This document shows, piece after piece, positions 29,835 to 43,893 of a DNA stretch of 64,000 bases. The notes beneath the pieces were generated by a model. That model ran no database searches. It saw only the letters and a list, made by a program, of their open reading frames with translations, and was not told the origin of the DNA. Each line of letters starts with the position of its first letter. Position 1 is the first letter of the stretch. The DNA comes from an uncultured Gammaproteobacteria bacterium (GTDB lineage Bacteria > Pseudomonadota > Gammaproteobacteria > JABCZS01), in contig CAWKDC010000001.1 of assembly GCA_963848305.1 (NCBI GenBank), forward strand, positions 1,088,001-1,152,000, given 5' to 3'. A program made the translations under genes and the position numbers.

Positions 29835-30953
29835 ATGTTTAAATCAAAGGAACCTGAAGCATCTACAGAACCGGCTTTACCCGCTGCGCTGATTGCCAGA
29901 ATTGCGATGTATTCAACATCCGCCACGGCAGCGACCTTGATTATGAACCGTGAAACTCGCGATTGGATTCAGCCAGACCTTGATGAACGCGCTGCAAAGC
30001 AGCTCATGGACTATGTTTTAAAGCCCACCGAAGAGAATGTCAAAAAAGCAAAAGCGATGATTGCTGCCAATCCCAAAATCATGTTTATTGAATCAACTGG
30101 AGTTGAATGGGCATCGGGTATAGATGAAGACCGAGTGGTGCCAAGAAGGGTTAAAAGCTCTGCCCTTAAAGCCGCCTTAGGTACGGGAGACAGTGAGATT
30201 TACCATTTCATGGCCCAATATTTCGATAAAGTTGTTTATCGGGATGAAAACGGCGAGATTGTCGAAACAGGAATACAGCGCGCACAAAGACAAATGCAAG
30301 AGCAATTCCCCAGTGGTTTTGAGTACCCACAGGTCGAAGCTGAATTTACCACATTGATGGATAAGATAGTCAATGCCCTCACAAATGACCCAACAAGCCC
30401 CGAAACCCAAGCGGTTTTAAATGAATTCAGACACTATTTTCTTCCCAAAGAAGTCACCGAAGGTCATCACTTTAATCTCAATTATTTGATTGAAGCCTTT
30501 AATCGATACGGTCAACACGTTGCCCCCTGGAATGAAAATCAACTATCTCTTTTTTGGTGTCAAGTGATTGGTTATTTAGAGCGTTTGGTTCCGGCCTTTG
30601 ATGCCCAGGCATTCTTCCAGGGTCTTTACGATCGTATAGAACAAAACCAGCCACCCACCCGTTCTCTCACTTTATACAATTTTCAATCATTTTCTGATAT
30701 TTCCTATTTCCCTGCCATTTCTTCTTCGCCGCCGACGGGTTTGGGGGTTGATTTTGGGGTTTATATTGGCCCGGCGGCGGCCGTCACGGGGCTTCGCGCG
30801 TTGCGTTATATGCCTGGGGCGACGACCGACAGCCTTGAACAACTATGTCGAGCAAAAACATCAGCGCTTAACAACTTCAAACAAAACCTTGAACAGCGGG
30901 CTCACCCGACAGCCGGAGAGCAGGGAAACCCTGTGCGCAATTCTTTGAAATAG
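29835..30953 (+). CDS. Hypothetical effector-like protein with F-box-like N-terminus
   Basis: Long ORF with GAGG RBS; LPAALIARIAMY; GHHFN and LFWCQVIGYL motifs recalled from Legionellales hypothetical proteins. Confidence 0.6.
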   Translation: MFKSKEPEASTEPALPAALIARIAMYSTSATAATLIMNRETRDWIQPDLDERAAKQLMDYVLKPTEENVKKAKAMIAANPKIMFIESTGVEWASGIDEDRVVPRRVKSSALKAALGTGDSEIYHFMAQYFDKVVYRDENGEIVETGIQRAQRQMQEQFPSGFEYPQVEAEFTTLMDKIVNALTNDPTSPETQAVLNEFRHYFLPKEVTEGHHFNLNYLIEAFNRYGQHVAPWNENQLSLFWCQVIGYLERLVPAFDAQAFFQGLYDRIEQNQPPTRSLTLYNFQSFSDISYFPAISSSPPTGLGVDFGVYIGPAAAVTGLRALRYMPGATTDSLEQLCRAKTSALNNFKQNLEQRAHPTAGEQGNPVRNSLK

Positions 30954-31065
30954 CGCTCCTGAAGCAAACCGATTGCGCAAGCTGCAAGGGTTTTATTCCC
31001 ACAATGGTTAATGAACCAGTTTAACAGTTCGTGGTGTTGGCAAGACACTGATGTATTTACCTGTA

Positions 31066-31352
31066 ATTGCCCCCGAATTTATTGAGAAACTGCCAGTGTC
31101 ACATTTCACGATTGCAGACAAAGGGTATGATTGCGAGGAGATTAGGGAACTCATTCGAAAAAAATCATCCATCCTGGTTATCCCCGGAAGATTAATTCAA
31201 TAAAAGGTAATGCTGAAATGGATTGGTGTCTATATAAATATCGGCATTTAGTTGAGAATGCTTTTGCACGTCTTAAGCATTTTCGAGCCATCGCAACACG
31301 GTATGATAAATTGAAGGGAAATTGTGTGTCAATGGTGGCTATGGCTTGTTGT
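31066..31352 (+). pseudogene. IS5-family transposase remnant (3' part)
   Basis: IADKGYD, frameshift, then YKYRHLVENAFARLKHFRAIATRYDK. Confidence 0.85.
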
Positions 31353-31485
31353 TTACAGAATATGATTTTTCAAAATCAAAAAAATCTTTATATAAAGAAA
31401 GTCGAAAAAACAAATCACGATTCGATTGGATGGAGCAGAGTCCCCCATGTAAGCACGTGAAGCGTGTCAAATGGGGGGCGAATTA

Positions 31486-31902
31486 TTAATGCTTACGCTC
31501 TTTACTCTTCCGGATAGCGGCCAAAACAGCAGCCGCATTGACGAGCGCGGCACGTGCTTGGGCATAATCAAATTCGCCCTGTTTACCACGCATGGTTTCT
31601 TCGGCTTGCTTCATGGCTTCAATGGCAGCCGCTTCGTCAAGGGAGTCTGCGCGTTCAGCCGTATCGGCCAATACCGTGACGGAATCTGGCTGTACTTCCA
31701 ACATACCACCCGAGACATAAAAGACTTCCTCCGGCTGGCCATTCACCAATACGCGAACCTGACCGGGTTGTAGGCGTGCCAATAGCGGTGCATGCTGAGG
31801 TAAAATACCCAGCTCGCCATTTTCGGCTGTCACGACCACGCAATCCGCTTCACCAGTGTGAAGCATTTTTTCAGCGCTGACTATTTTAACATTTAAACGC
31901 AT
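31486..31902 (-). CDS. atpC: ATP synthase epsilon subunit
   Basis: GELGILPQHAPL, VSGGMLEVQP, VLADTAER. Confidence 0.96.
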   Translation of the reverse strand: MRLNVKIVSAEKMLHTGEADCVVVTAENGELGILPQHAPLLARLQPGQVRVLVNGQPEEVFYVSGGMLEVQPDSVTVLADTAERADSLDEAAAIEAMKQAEETMRGKQGEFDYAQARAALVNAAAVLAAIRKSKERKH

Positions 31903-31915
31903 TTTGATACCCTCA

Positions 31916-33375
<1,460 letters not shown>

Positions 33376-33455
33376 CTATATCCCCTTACTTCTTCAATAC
33401 AACCTGTCACCAGCATGTTACTCAGCAAATGAGTTTACCTCCGTGAAACGAACCC

Positions 33456-34322
33456 CTACACTGCCTGTGCCCCGCTGATAATTTCTGATAATCTCTTGCG
33501 TGATCGCTGCTTGACGCGCTTTGTTATACACCAATTGAACTCGTTAATTAAATCACCTGCATTATCGGTTGCTGCTTTCATCGCAACCATCCGTGCTGCT
33601 TGTTCACAGGCAATATTTTCAATCACCGCTTGATAAACTTGTGATTCAATGAAACGTTTTAACAAAGTATCGAGCAATTCAATGCGTGCTCTGGTTCATA
33701 AATATAATCCCAGTGATGTTTTTTGCGGCACTGTCATCTTCTGGGGAATGGCAATAATTGTATCGACCGTGGGTTCTTGCGTCATGGTGTTCACGAAATT
33801 CATTAGACACAAATGTAACTGCATCAATTTTACCATCCAGATAATGCATCAATCATGACTTTACGACACCAATCAAATCAGTGCAGCTCGGGCGTATCGC
33901 CCAAATGCGTTGCTTGCGCAACAATATTGCCACCAAAACGTCTGAAAAAACCCATGCGCTTTGTTGCCAATCAAACACAAGATCAATCTCAACGCCTTCT
34001 CTCCATACTCTTGCATGGTCTGATCGCGCGTTTGAACAAATTATTATTCAAGCCACCGCACAGACCACGATCGGTAGTCACAATAATCAACGCCACACGT
34101 TTCACTTCGCGTTCTTCCATATAAGGAATGTCGATATTCAGAATGAGCATTGTGCCACATGACCAATCACTTCACGAATATTTTGTGCATAAGGCTTAGA
34201 CGCGCGCATGCGTTCTTGCGCTTTACGCATTTTACTCGCGGCCACCATTTCCATCGCATGCGTAATTTTTTGCGTGTTTTTAATGCTCTTAATTTTGTGC
34301 GGATTTCTTTAGCACCAGACAT
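33456..34322 (-). CDS. atpG: ATP synthase gamma subunit, multiple frameshifts
   Basis: [10 protein letters not shown] start, [23 protein letters not shown]. Confidence 0.92.
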
Positions 34323-34333
34323 GCCATCTGACT

Positions 34334-35895
34334 CTAATCCCATGCAAAGCTGCGATTTAAATCATTCGAGCGCAGTATTTCAATGTGTGCTTCAATTTCG
34401 TCATTCTAATCGCCAGTTTGATTCAATGTTCTCACAAATCATGCATGTTCGCTATGCATGATAGACTATGCAATTCTTGTTCAAAATAGGCAATGCGATT
34501 CAATGGTACATCGTCAGATAACCATGATCCACAGCAAACAAAATGATCGCCATTTCTGCAACAGAAAGCGGATGAATATTGTTTTTGCTTCATCACTTCC
34601 GTAATACGTTGACCACGTTCCAAGTTGTTTACGTGTTGCATCATCCAAATCAGAAGCAAATTGCGAAAAAGCTTCTAATTCACGATATTGTGCCAATGCC
34701 AAACGCACACCACCACCCAGTTTTTTAATGATTTTGGTTTGTGCTGCACCACCCACACGAGAAACAGAAAACCCGCGTTAATAGCAGGACGAAACCGGCA
34801 GTTAAACAAATCAGTTTCTAAATAAGATTTGACCGTCGGTGATCGAAATCACGTTGGTGGGTACGAAGGCAGAACGTCACCCGCTTGCGTTTCAATGATA
34901 GGCAATGCAGTGAGTGAACCTGTTTTGCCTTTGACTTTACCGTTGGTCATTTTTTCTACATATTCAGCATTCACACGTGAAGCACGTTCCAACAAACGTG
35001 AATGCAAATAGAAGATATCGCCAGGATACGCTTCACGACCTGGTGGACGGCGTAGCAATAATGAAATTTGACGGTAAGCCCATGCTTGTTTGGTTAGATC
35101 ATCATAAATAATCAAAGCATCTTCACCATTATCACGGAAGTATTCACCCATCGCGCAACCCGCATAAGGCGCAATATATTGCATGGCAGCTGGATCAGAA
35201 GCAGTTGCTAGCGACAACAATGGTGTGTGTCAGCGCACCATGTTCTTCTAGTTTACGCACGACAGCATGCGACAGAAGATGCTTTTTGTCCAATCGCAAC
35301 ATAAATACATTTCACGCCAGTGCCTTTTTGATTGATGATGGTGTCGATGCGCAATGGCTGTTTTACCGGTTTGACGATCACCAATGATCAATTCACGTTG
35401 ACCGCGACCAACTGGTATCATGGCGTCAATCGCTTTCAATCCGGTTTGAACAGGTTGATTAACTGATTGACGGCTAATAACGCCAGGTGCCACTTTTTCA
35501 ACCGGTGAGAAGAATTTTGTGCATCAATCGGGCCTTTACCATCAATCGGATTGACCCAGCGCATCAACAACGCGGCCTAACAATGCTTCGCCCACAGGCA
35601 CTTCAAAATACGACCGGTACAATTGGCTGTTTGCCCTTCGGTCAAATGTTCGTATTGACCAAAAACAACGGCACCAACCGAATCACGCTCTAAGTTCAGC
35701 GCCAAGCCATAGGTATTACCGGGGAAATTCAATCATTTCACCTTGCATGACATCACGCAATCCTGAAATTTGCACAATCCCGTCAGAAACGCTCATCACG
35801 CTACCTTCAGAGCGCGCTTGCGAAACGACTTCAAAATTCTCGATGCGCTGTCTGATCACATCACTGATTTCAGCTGCACTTAATTGTATTCCCAT
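34334..35895 (-). CDS. atpA: ATP synthase alpha subunit, multiple frameshifts
   Basis: [42 protein letters not shown]. Confidence 0.93.
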
Positions 35896-35915
35896 GTTTC
35901 ACCTCACACACTCTA

Positions 35916-36446
35916 TTAATTCAAACAAGCGGCCAGTGCCGACAAACGATATTTTAAACTGGCGTCAATGACTTTATCGCCATAACGAATCACTAAACCA
36001 CCCAATAAATTGGGATCTTCTTCACAAGACAATGTAACCTTTTGTTGCGTTTTCGCTTCCAGCTTGCTCACAATCGCTGCTTTTTCAGCATCCGACAATG
36101 TGACAGCACTCGTCACGCTGGCAGGCAACACATCGTCGCTGGCATTATGGCGCGCTACAAACTGATCACGGATACTGGGCATCACAAAAAAACGGTCGTG
36201 TTCAATCACGGTTTGGATAAAATTACGCAAAGGTTCGCCAGGCTTTGCATGCACAAAGCTTGCAACGAGATCTTCAAATTGTTGGGCAGAGACTTGGGGA
36301 GACAAAGCTGCCTGTTTGATGTCAGGATGCTCTGCCAGGATTGCCCATGTGTCCAACGCATCTTGCCACGCACGCACGACATTGTTTGCCTTTGCATAAT
36401 CAAAGGCAGCTTGTGCGTATGGGCGTGCGAGTGTTGTGTCTGTCAT
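35916..36446 (-). CDS. atpH: ATP synthase delta subunit
   Basis: TLARPYAQAAF, LLGGLVIRYGDKVIDAS. Confidence 0.95.
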   Translation of the reverse strand: MTDTTLARPYAQAAFDYAKANNVVRAWQDALDTWAILAEHPDIKQAALSPQVSAQQFEDLVASFVHAKPGEPLRNFIQTVIEHDRFFVMPSIRDQFVARHNASDDVLPASVTSAVTLSDAEKAAIVSKLEAKTQQKVTLSCEEDPNLLGGLVIRYGDKVIDASLKYRLSALAACLN

Positions 36447-36470
36447 AAGGAAAACCCCATTTTAAAATTT

Positions 36471-36502
36471 CCCGATTCGCTTCGCGAATCTGCGCCCCTA
36501 CA
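36471..36502 (-). repeat. GTAG-type REP variant
   Basis: TGTAGGGGCGCAGATTCGCGAAGCGAATCGGG immediately after the atpF stop. Confidence 0.65.
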
Positions 36503-36503
36503 A

Positions 36504-36974
36504 TCAAATTTCATCGACGACTTTGTTGATGAAATCACGGTGCGCTTTGTCATCCAGGTTTTTACCCAATAATTTCTTTGCGCTGGCCAGTGCTAAATCG
36601 ACCACTTCGCCACGCAATGATTGACGCGCATTTGTCACATCTTGCTCGATGCGGTTATGCGCGGCTGCCACCAAGCGTTGGCCTTCGTGAATCGCTTTCT
36701 CAGCGGCTGCTTTCACGATCTCATCAGCACGCTGATTAGCGTGGGTGATGATATCGGTCGCTTTCTGACGCGCTTCCATCAAAATGTGATGGGCCTCTTC
36801 TTGCGCCTTTTCCAGCTGATGCACCGATTTCTTGGAAGCCGCTAAGCCATCCGCAATGGTTTTTTCACGCTCATGGATGGCTGCCATGATAGGCGGCCAC
36901 ACATATTTCATGGTAAACCATATAAAGATGGCAAACGTTATGGCTTGCCCAAGCAGTGTCGCGTTAATATCCAT
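36504..36974 (-). CDS. atpF: ATP synthase subunit b
   Basis: [21 protein letters not shown]. Confidence 0.96.
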   Translation of the reverse strand: MDINATLLGQAITFAIFIWFTMKYVWPPIMAAIHEREKTIADGLAASKKSVHQLEKAQEEAHHILMEARQKATDIITHANQRADEIVKAAAEKAIHEGQRLVAAAHNRIEQDVTNARQSLRGEVVDLALASAKKLLGKNLDDKAHRDFINKVVDEI

Positions 36975-36998
36975 GGCTCACCTCACACGTGGATTATA

Positions 36999-37346
<348 letters not shown>

Positions 37347-37356
37347 CTAAAAAAAA

Positions 37357-38507
<1,151 letters not shown>

Positions 38508-38806
38508 CTTTATATACCCCCACCTCTTTGTTTCGGGCGCAGTATATAGCCTATTTCTGGATAACGCAAGTAGAAGGCAATGTCTTTGTTTCTCATTAAG
38601 AAAAAATGATGTTTTCTGACTTCACAAACAGTTTATTTATCTGTACAATAAGTTAATTAATTAACCACTGTTTGGGAAATGCTGTTGTATGTCAATCCAA
38701 AAAATCAATTTGTTTTTTTCTAGAGAAATCAAGAAAATATCCTCTGATTTCTATGGCCGGCTGTCTAACTCCTGCCAGCCCCCTTCAGACCTTATCCTGT
38801 TCCTGA

Positions 38807-39721
38807 ATGACATCATACGGGCTCAGTCCCCCGTGGCGCCCCAATGCACCTCTGCTGTTTGTGCTGTCTTACTACCGCCAAGAGATTTTTAAACAGGCCA
38901 TGGCATCTGTTTTTAAAGAATATGGCTCATTTCTTGACAAAAGTTTCGGCGAACTTGATGATTATGTTCATTTTTTACAGGAATTGAATCACACTAACCA
39001 TGTTTTCACCTTTTTGATGACCTTCAAAGACGGCAATGAGGAATATCAAGCATTGAATGGACCTGATAGCCTAGACTTGGCGGAGCCGCTAAAAATCCGG
39101 CTTGATCTTTTTTTCAAACAGGCTCGGGCCTTTATGTCCCAGTTGTGGGAAATGCAACACAGCCTGCTCGATCAGAGCTTTAGTCCTGATGGCACTTTTT
39201 TGCCCGATGTTTATGAGCAGGATCTCGCAGGCTATGAGTCAAGGCTTCAGCACTTACTTGCCAGTAGGCTCCAATACACAGGCCTGGCACCTACCGATCC
39301 GCTCTACGTCAGCTTTGAGGAAGCCGGGCAGGATTATTTTCTGGCAACAATAAACGTGCTGAGACAGCAGATCCAGCTGAAACATGATGTGACTGCATTG
39401 AGCACTTCTTTGCTTCTAATGCATCAGCGTCTGGGAGTGGCATTGTCAGAGGCCTATCGTGAACATGCCGCTGTCAAATCAACCATCACCCCCACCGCAT
39501 TGCCCAACAATCGTGTCATGTTTTCAAACTGGATCAAGCAATTGAAAAAAACAGCCACCCTTGTGGACAGTTTTCCCAGAGAATTCCTTTCCTCGCTGGT
39601 CAGTAACCAAGTCATTTCTTCCGAGATAGGGGGAAAATGGCTTGATGAACTGCGGGAGCGCGGTACTCACGTCATGGCAGGGCAAAAAGAGAACCTGGCT
39701 CGTTCAAAAAATGTCATGTAA
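38807..39721 (+). CDS. Hypothetical helical protein
   Basis: 304-aa ORF filling the atpI-parB gap, no recognisable motif. Confidence 0.65.
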   Translation: MTSYGLSPPWRPNAPLLFVLSYYRQEIFKQAMASVFKEYGSFLDKSFGELDDYVHFLQELNHTNHVFTFLMTFKDGNEEYQALNGPDSLDLAEPLKIRLDLFFKQARAFMSQLWEMQHSLLDQSFSPDGTFLPDVYEQDLAGYESRLQHLLASRLQYTGLAPTDPLYVSFEEAGQDYFLATINVLRQQIQLKHDVTALSTSLLLMHQRLGVALSEAYREHAAVKSTITPTALPNNRVMFSNWIKQLKKTATLVDSFPREFLSSLVSNQVISSEIGGKWLDELRERGTHVMAGQKENLARSKNVM

Positions 39722-39884
39722 GACAATGCGTTGTCGACTCGTTTTTTGTGTTTCTGTAAAAATGGGCTGACCATCCCAAGTCCCTGCATTGATCTCGTGA
39801 CGCTCTTAGGAGACATTTTCTGGTATCATCTCCAATCCGTCCCCAGCCCAAAGGCAGAACCCACCAAATTTGGAGGAAAAAATA

Positions 39885-40346
39885 ATGGCTTACTGGCTCA
39901 TGAAATCTGAACCCAGCACTTACAGCATTGACGATCTCGCGCGTGCGAAAAATCAATCCGGCTTTTGGGACGGCGTGCGTAATTATCAAGCGCGCAATTT
40001 TTTGCGTGATGAAATGAAACCGGGAGACCTCGCGTTTTTTTATCATTCTAGTTGTGACGTGCCAGGGATTGTGGGGATCATCAAGATCACTGAAACCGGT
40101 TGTGTGGATAAAACCGCATTTGATCCAGAATCGCCCTATTTCGATCCGCGATCAACGCCTGACAATCCACGTTGGTACGGGGTCAAGTTTACATTGGTTG
40201 AAAAATTTGAGGACATGATCCCTCTGGGAATATTGCGCATCAATCCTATTCTTCAACACATGCCGTTATTGAAAAAGGGAAATCGATTGTCTATCACTCC
40301 CGTGACCCAACAAGAATGGCTCGCCATTATCGGGAAATCACCATAA
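39885..40346 (+). CDS. EVE domain protein
   Basis: YWLMKSEP, WDGVRNYQARN, FFYHS, RLSITPV. Confidence 0.93.
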   Translation: MAYWLMKSEPSTYSIDDLARAKNQSGFWDGVRNYQARNFLRDEMKPGDLAFFYHSSCDVPGIVGIIKITETGCVDKTAFDPESPYFDPRSTPDNPRWYGVKFTLVEKFEDMIPLGILRINPILQHMPLLKKGNRLSITPVTQQEWLAIIGKSP

Positions 40347-40406
40347 ATCCTCCGTCACCGGCGCAGGAATATCAGCAGCATTCAGCACCATCACGGCGCT
40401 TGCTAC

Positions 40407-40429
40407 ACCACAATAGGTGGTTTTTTTTT
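40407..40429 (+). terminator. Possible weak intrinsic terminator
   Basis: ACCAC-AATAG-GTGGT then T8. Confidence 0.4.
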
Positions 40430-40457
40430 GTGTTATGAAACGACATGACATTTCCCA

Positions 40458-41360
40458 CTACACAATATGTGAAATAATGCCATCCAGCTCTTCCAGTGAA
40501 TGATAACTGATCACCAATTTACCCTTGCCACTGGGTGTGTGGGCTATGTCGAGTTTTGCGCCTAAAATTTCACTCAAGCGCCCTTCTAATAATTGCACAT
40601 CGGGATCTTGGTAGCGCGATTTTTCGGTAGGCGCATCGTCTTCATCGCGGCGCATCAGCTGTTGCACTTGCGCTTCCGTTTGACGCACCGATAAATTTTT
40701 TGCGATGATCAAACGAGCCAATTCTAATTGACGCACACTGGGCAACGGCAATAACGCGCGTGCGTGACCCATCTCTAATTCACCCGCTTCTACCATGGTT
40801 TTCACATCGTCACGCAATGTTAACAAGCGCAATAAATTGGTAACCATGGCGCGCGACTTGCCCACCAATTCCCCGACAGCTTGATGGGTGAGTGAAAATT
40901 GTTTCATCAGGCGATCAAGCCCCATCGCTTCTTCAATAGGATTGAGATCTTCACGTTGCAAATTTTCAATGATGGCCATTGCACTCGCCGTGGCTTCATC
41001 GACGTCACGCACAATCACGGGCACTTCAGATAAACCGGCTAATTGCGCAGCGCGCCAACGTCGTTCACCCGCAATGATTTCAAAACTTTTATCCGCACGA
41101 GGGCGCACAACGATAGGCTGAATAATACCTTGTGAACGGATGGAATCGGCCAGTTCCTCAAGTTGTGCTTCCTGAAACACGCGACGCGGTTGATAAGGAG
41201 AGCGCACCAACCGTTCAACAGGCACGTATGTCAAGGCGGGTTTGTTGCTCGAGGTAATGGCAACCTCGGCCAAATCGACGCGCGCACTGGCCGGCTCATC
41301 GATCACAGCGGAGCTGAGCAAAGACCCGAGTGGTGTTCCTAAAATTGATTTTCTGGCCAT
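40458..41360 (-). CDS. parB: Chromosome partitioning protein ParB
   Basis: YQPRR, IIAGERRWRAA, IENLQREDLNPIEEA; AGGAG RBS before MARKS. Confidence 0.96.
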   Translation of the reverse strand: MARKSILGTPLGSLLSSAVIDEPASARVDLAEVAITSSNKPALTYVPVERLVRSPYQPRRVFQEAQLEELADSIRSQGIIQPIVVRPRADKSFEIIAGERRWRAAQLAGLSEVPVIVRDVDEATASAMAIIENLQREDLNPIEEAMGLDRLMKQFSLTHQAVGELVGKSRAMVTNLLRLLTLRDDVKTMVEAGELEMGHARALLPLPSVRQLELARLIIAKNLSVRQTEAQVQQLMRRDEDDAPTEKSRYQDPDVQLLEGRLSEILGAKLDIAHTPSGKGKLVISYHSLEELDGIISHIV

Positions 41361-41373
41361 GAGCAACTCCTGT

Positions 41374-42189
41374 TTATGCGTCAGCGGGTTCACGATCGAT
41401 GGTGGCGGCCTCGTAGAGAGGATCATGCGGCTGACGTTTTAAAAACTCACCCGCCAATGATAAATAGCACGCTGCCCCACGCGAATACTTGTCGTAGTGT
41501 AGCACAGGCAACCCGTGGCTCGGCGCTTCTGCTAACCGAACATTGCGTGGAATCACGGTTTTATATACTTTATTGCCAAAATGCTGAATCAATTGTGCGG
41601 TCACTTCTTGTGCCAACCCATTGCGCGGATCGTACATGGTACGCAATAAACCTTCAATCGTCAGACCCGGATTGACGGATTGCGTCAATGTTTGAATCGT
41701 TTGCACCAAGGCTGTTAATCCTTCCAGGGCATAATATTCGCACTGCATAGGGATGATCACCGAGTGCGCTGCCACCAAACCATTCACGGTGAGCATGTTC
41801 AAAGAGGGGGGACAATCAATTAAAATATAATCATAAACGTCTTTGACCGCATTCAATGCCATTTTCAAACGTTTTTCACGGTTGTCTTGATTGAGCAAAC
41901 CAATTTCAGCTTCAGTCAGGCGCGCATTCGCCGGCATGACATGATAACCGCCAGGGGTTTCTGTGATGATGGCTTGTTGCGCCGTCGCAGTGCCCAGCAA
42001 TACTTCATTCGTGGTACAGCGCAACTGATATTTTGAAATGCCGCTGCCCATGGTCGCATTACCTTGCGGATCCAGATCGACCAGCAACACCCTGCGTTTG
42101 GCTACAACCAATGACGCCGCTAAATTCACGCAGGAAGTGGTTTTTCCTACGCCGCCTTTTTGATTCGCCATGGCGACAATTTTTGCCAT
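41374..42189 (-). CDS. parA: Chromosome partitioning ATPase ParA
   Basis: NQKGGVGKTT, DLDPQGNAT, IDCPPSL, LAEAPSHG. Confidence 0.97.
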   Translation of the reverse strand: MAKIVAMANQKGGVGKTTSCVNLAASLVVAKRRVLLVDLDPQGNATMGSGISKYQLRCTTNEVLLGTATAQQAIITETPGGYHVMPANARLTEAEIGLLNQDNREKRLKMALNAVKDVYDYILIDCPPSLNMLTVNGLVAAHSVIIPMQCEYYALEGLTALVQTIQTLTQSVNPGLTIEGLLRTMYDPRNGLAQEVTAQLIQHFGNKVYKTVIPRNVRLAEAPSHGLPVLHYDKYSRGAACYLSLAGEFLKRQPHDPLYEAATIDREPADA

Positions 42190-42243
42190 TTATGTGTTCT
42201 CCCTGAATCGGTTAACAACCCCTAACCCTCTCGGTTTGCGCAT

Positions 42244-42266
42244 GGGCGCAAGTATGCGCCCCTACA
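42244..42266 (-). repeat. GTAG-type REP, identical to 31924-31946
   Basis: GGGCGCAAGTATGCGCCCCTACA; contains the rsmG stop codon. Confidence 0.87.
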
Positions 42267-42912
42267 AGGGGCGATTTTTCAATAGCACGATAAGATGTCG
42301 TGCTGCGTCAAGCCCCGGCACCGTCAATGCGTGCGAGGCGCTCAATACAAACCCCTTTGGCAATGCAGCCAATTCCGCATCAGGATACTGGCCTTTCATC
42401 GCATAAAAATAACCGCCCTCTTTGCAGAGGTGCTGCGTTACTTTCAGCATATCACTGATACTGCTGAATGCACGCGTGATCACACCATCAAATGGATCAG
42501 CATGATAATGTTCTGCGCGATCCTGCACCAGCGTCACCTGATCCAGCTTAAGATTGATTTTCACTTGTTGCAAGAATACCATTTTTTTGCCAACAGAATC
42601 GAGCAAAGTCAGCTGCCATTCGGGCTTAGCAATCGCCAGCACGATGCCTGGAATGCCCGCACCTGTTCCCACATCAATAAAACGTTTGCCTTCTAAAAAA
42701 GGAATGATGGACAATGCATCCATGATATGGTGCGTGACCTGTGCCTCCGGTGTTTTGATTGCCGTGAGGTTATACACATCTTGCCACCGCGCCATCAACC
42801 CGAGGTACGTGACGAAATCCTCCAGCGCGTTGCTGGGCAGCGCAATAGGCGCTTGCGGCAAGTATTCGGCCAACAAGGTTCGGTATCTTTCACTGTGTGG
42901 TTCGTTTGACAT
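42262..42912 (-). CDS. rsmG: 16S rRNA m7G527 methyltransferase
   Basis: YNLTAI, DVGTGAGIPG, TRAF, AMKG. Confidence 0.96.
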   Translation of the reverse strand: MSNEPHSERYRTLLAEYLPQAPIALPSNALEDFVTYLGLMARWQDVYNLTAIKTPEAQVTHHIMDALSIIPFLEGKRFIDVGTGAGIPGIVLAIAKPEWQLTLLDSVGKKMVFLQQVKINLKLDQVTLVQDRAEHYHADPFDGVITRAFSSISDMLKVTQHLCKEGGYFYAMKGQYPDAELAALPKGFVLSASHALTVPGLDAARHLIVLLKNRPL

Positions 42913-43060
42913 GAGGGGAAGTATACTATAGTACAGCTAGCCATGTGTCTGCTTTGTGATGAAAGACCTCAAAGCCACATGCCTCATTCACTAAGCCTTG
43001 ACGGGGGGGGTGGTAGGGGCGTATAGTTAGGGGATATTAAGAGAAGTGAAGGGGGCTTTT

Positions 43061-43510
43061 ATGTTTATGGTTGATGATAATGATGTTTACTATGGTCAGA
43101 GCAACTTTCCCCCTGAAAAGCCTCTCACGGCAGAGGAAATTGAATCTCTGCAAAAAACCAGGTACTGGGCTTTGGCCTTTCTTGCCTTCATCACATCTCC
43201 CGTGATAATGAACGATGCCATTAAAAACAACACCGGCGCTGCCTCAGAACTTTACACAAACGGCCAGTTTATGGTCGGCCTGATTCTTGGCATTGCCGCG
43301 CTGGGGCTCGTCCTCTGGCAAGTGTATGGAATGATGCAACCGAATACGGAGCATATGCAGAAAAGCAGCGCAACATCGAGTCCACTATTGCCCAATAAAA
43401 ATCCACTCAATATCCAAAATCGTGAGATGGAAATGATCGACCTGCAGGCGGGGGAGGAAAGTCCGGGGACACTTCAGCGCGAGGCTAAAGAGATCATCCA
43501 CGTGATTTAA
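43061..43510 (+). CDS. Hypothetical two-TM membrane protein
   Basis: RBS, two hydrophobic segments, acidic C-terminus. Confidence 0.6.
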   Translation: MFMVDDNDVYYGQSNFPPEKPLTAEEIESLQKTRYWALAFLAFITSPVIMNDAIKNNTGAASELYTNGQFMVGLILGIAALGLVLWQVYGMMQPNTEHMQKSSATSSPLLPNKNPLNIQNREMEMIDLQAGEESPGTLQREAKEIIHVI

Positions 43511-43776
43511 CCCAGTAAAAACGACTCTAACATCATGCCCATGATTTTTTCTGATGAGAATGTATTGGCATTGATCACGCGCAAGATCTCATGTGGATGC
43601 GTTTTCAAAAACCACGTGAAATGCATTGGCGATTCAGGGATTTTCTTCACCTCAATATAATCATGCTGTGGCACGACAAAATCAATTTCATGTGTTTGTG
43701 ATTGCCAAAAATTCAGGTGATTCGGCATGCCCTCTGCATCTTCAATGCACATTCTGCGCCATAATTCTTGCGCCAC
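43507..43776 (-). pseudogene. C-terminal remnant of an AAA/DUF4143-type ATPase
   Basis: AQELWRR...FWQSQTHEIDFVV...IEVK nuclease-like tail without N-terminus. Confidence 0.6.
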
Positions 43777-43893
43777 AGGCTGATCTGTTTTTCAGGATCG
43801 TAGGGGTAACAAGGCACGACACACATCTGAACCGGTTGTCACCACTAATATCTCGCGCAATTCACCCGCATTCAGGAAATTGCACAGCTGGAA

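Noticed and set aside
43026-43042. Legionella PmrA-type box
   Set aside because: Half-sites are degenerate and the spacing does not fit
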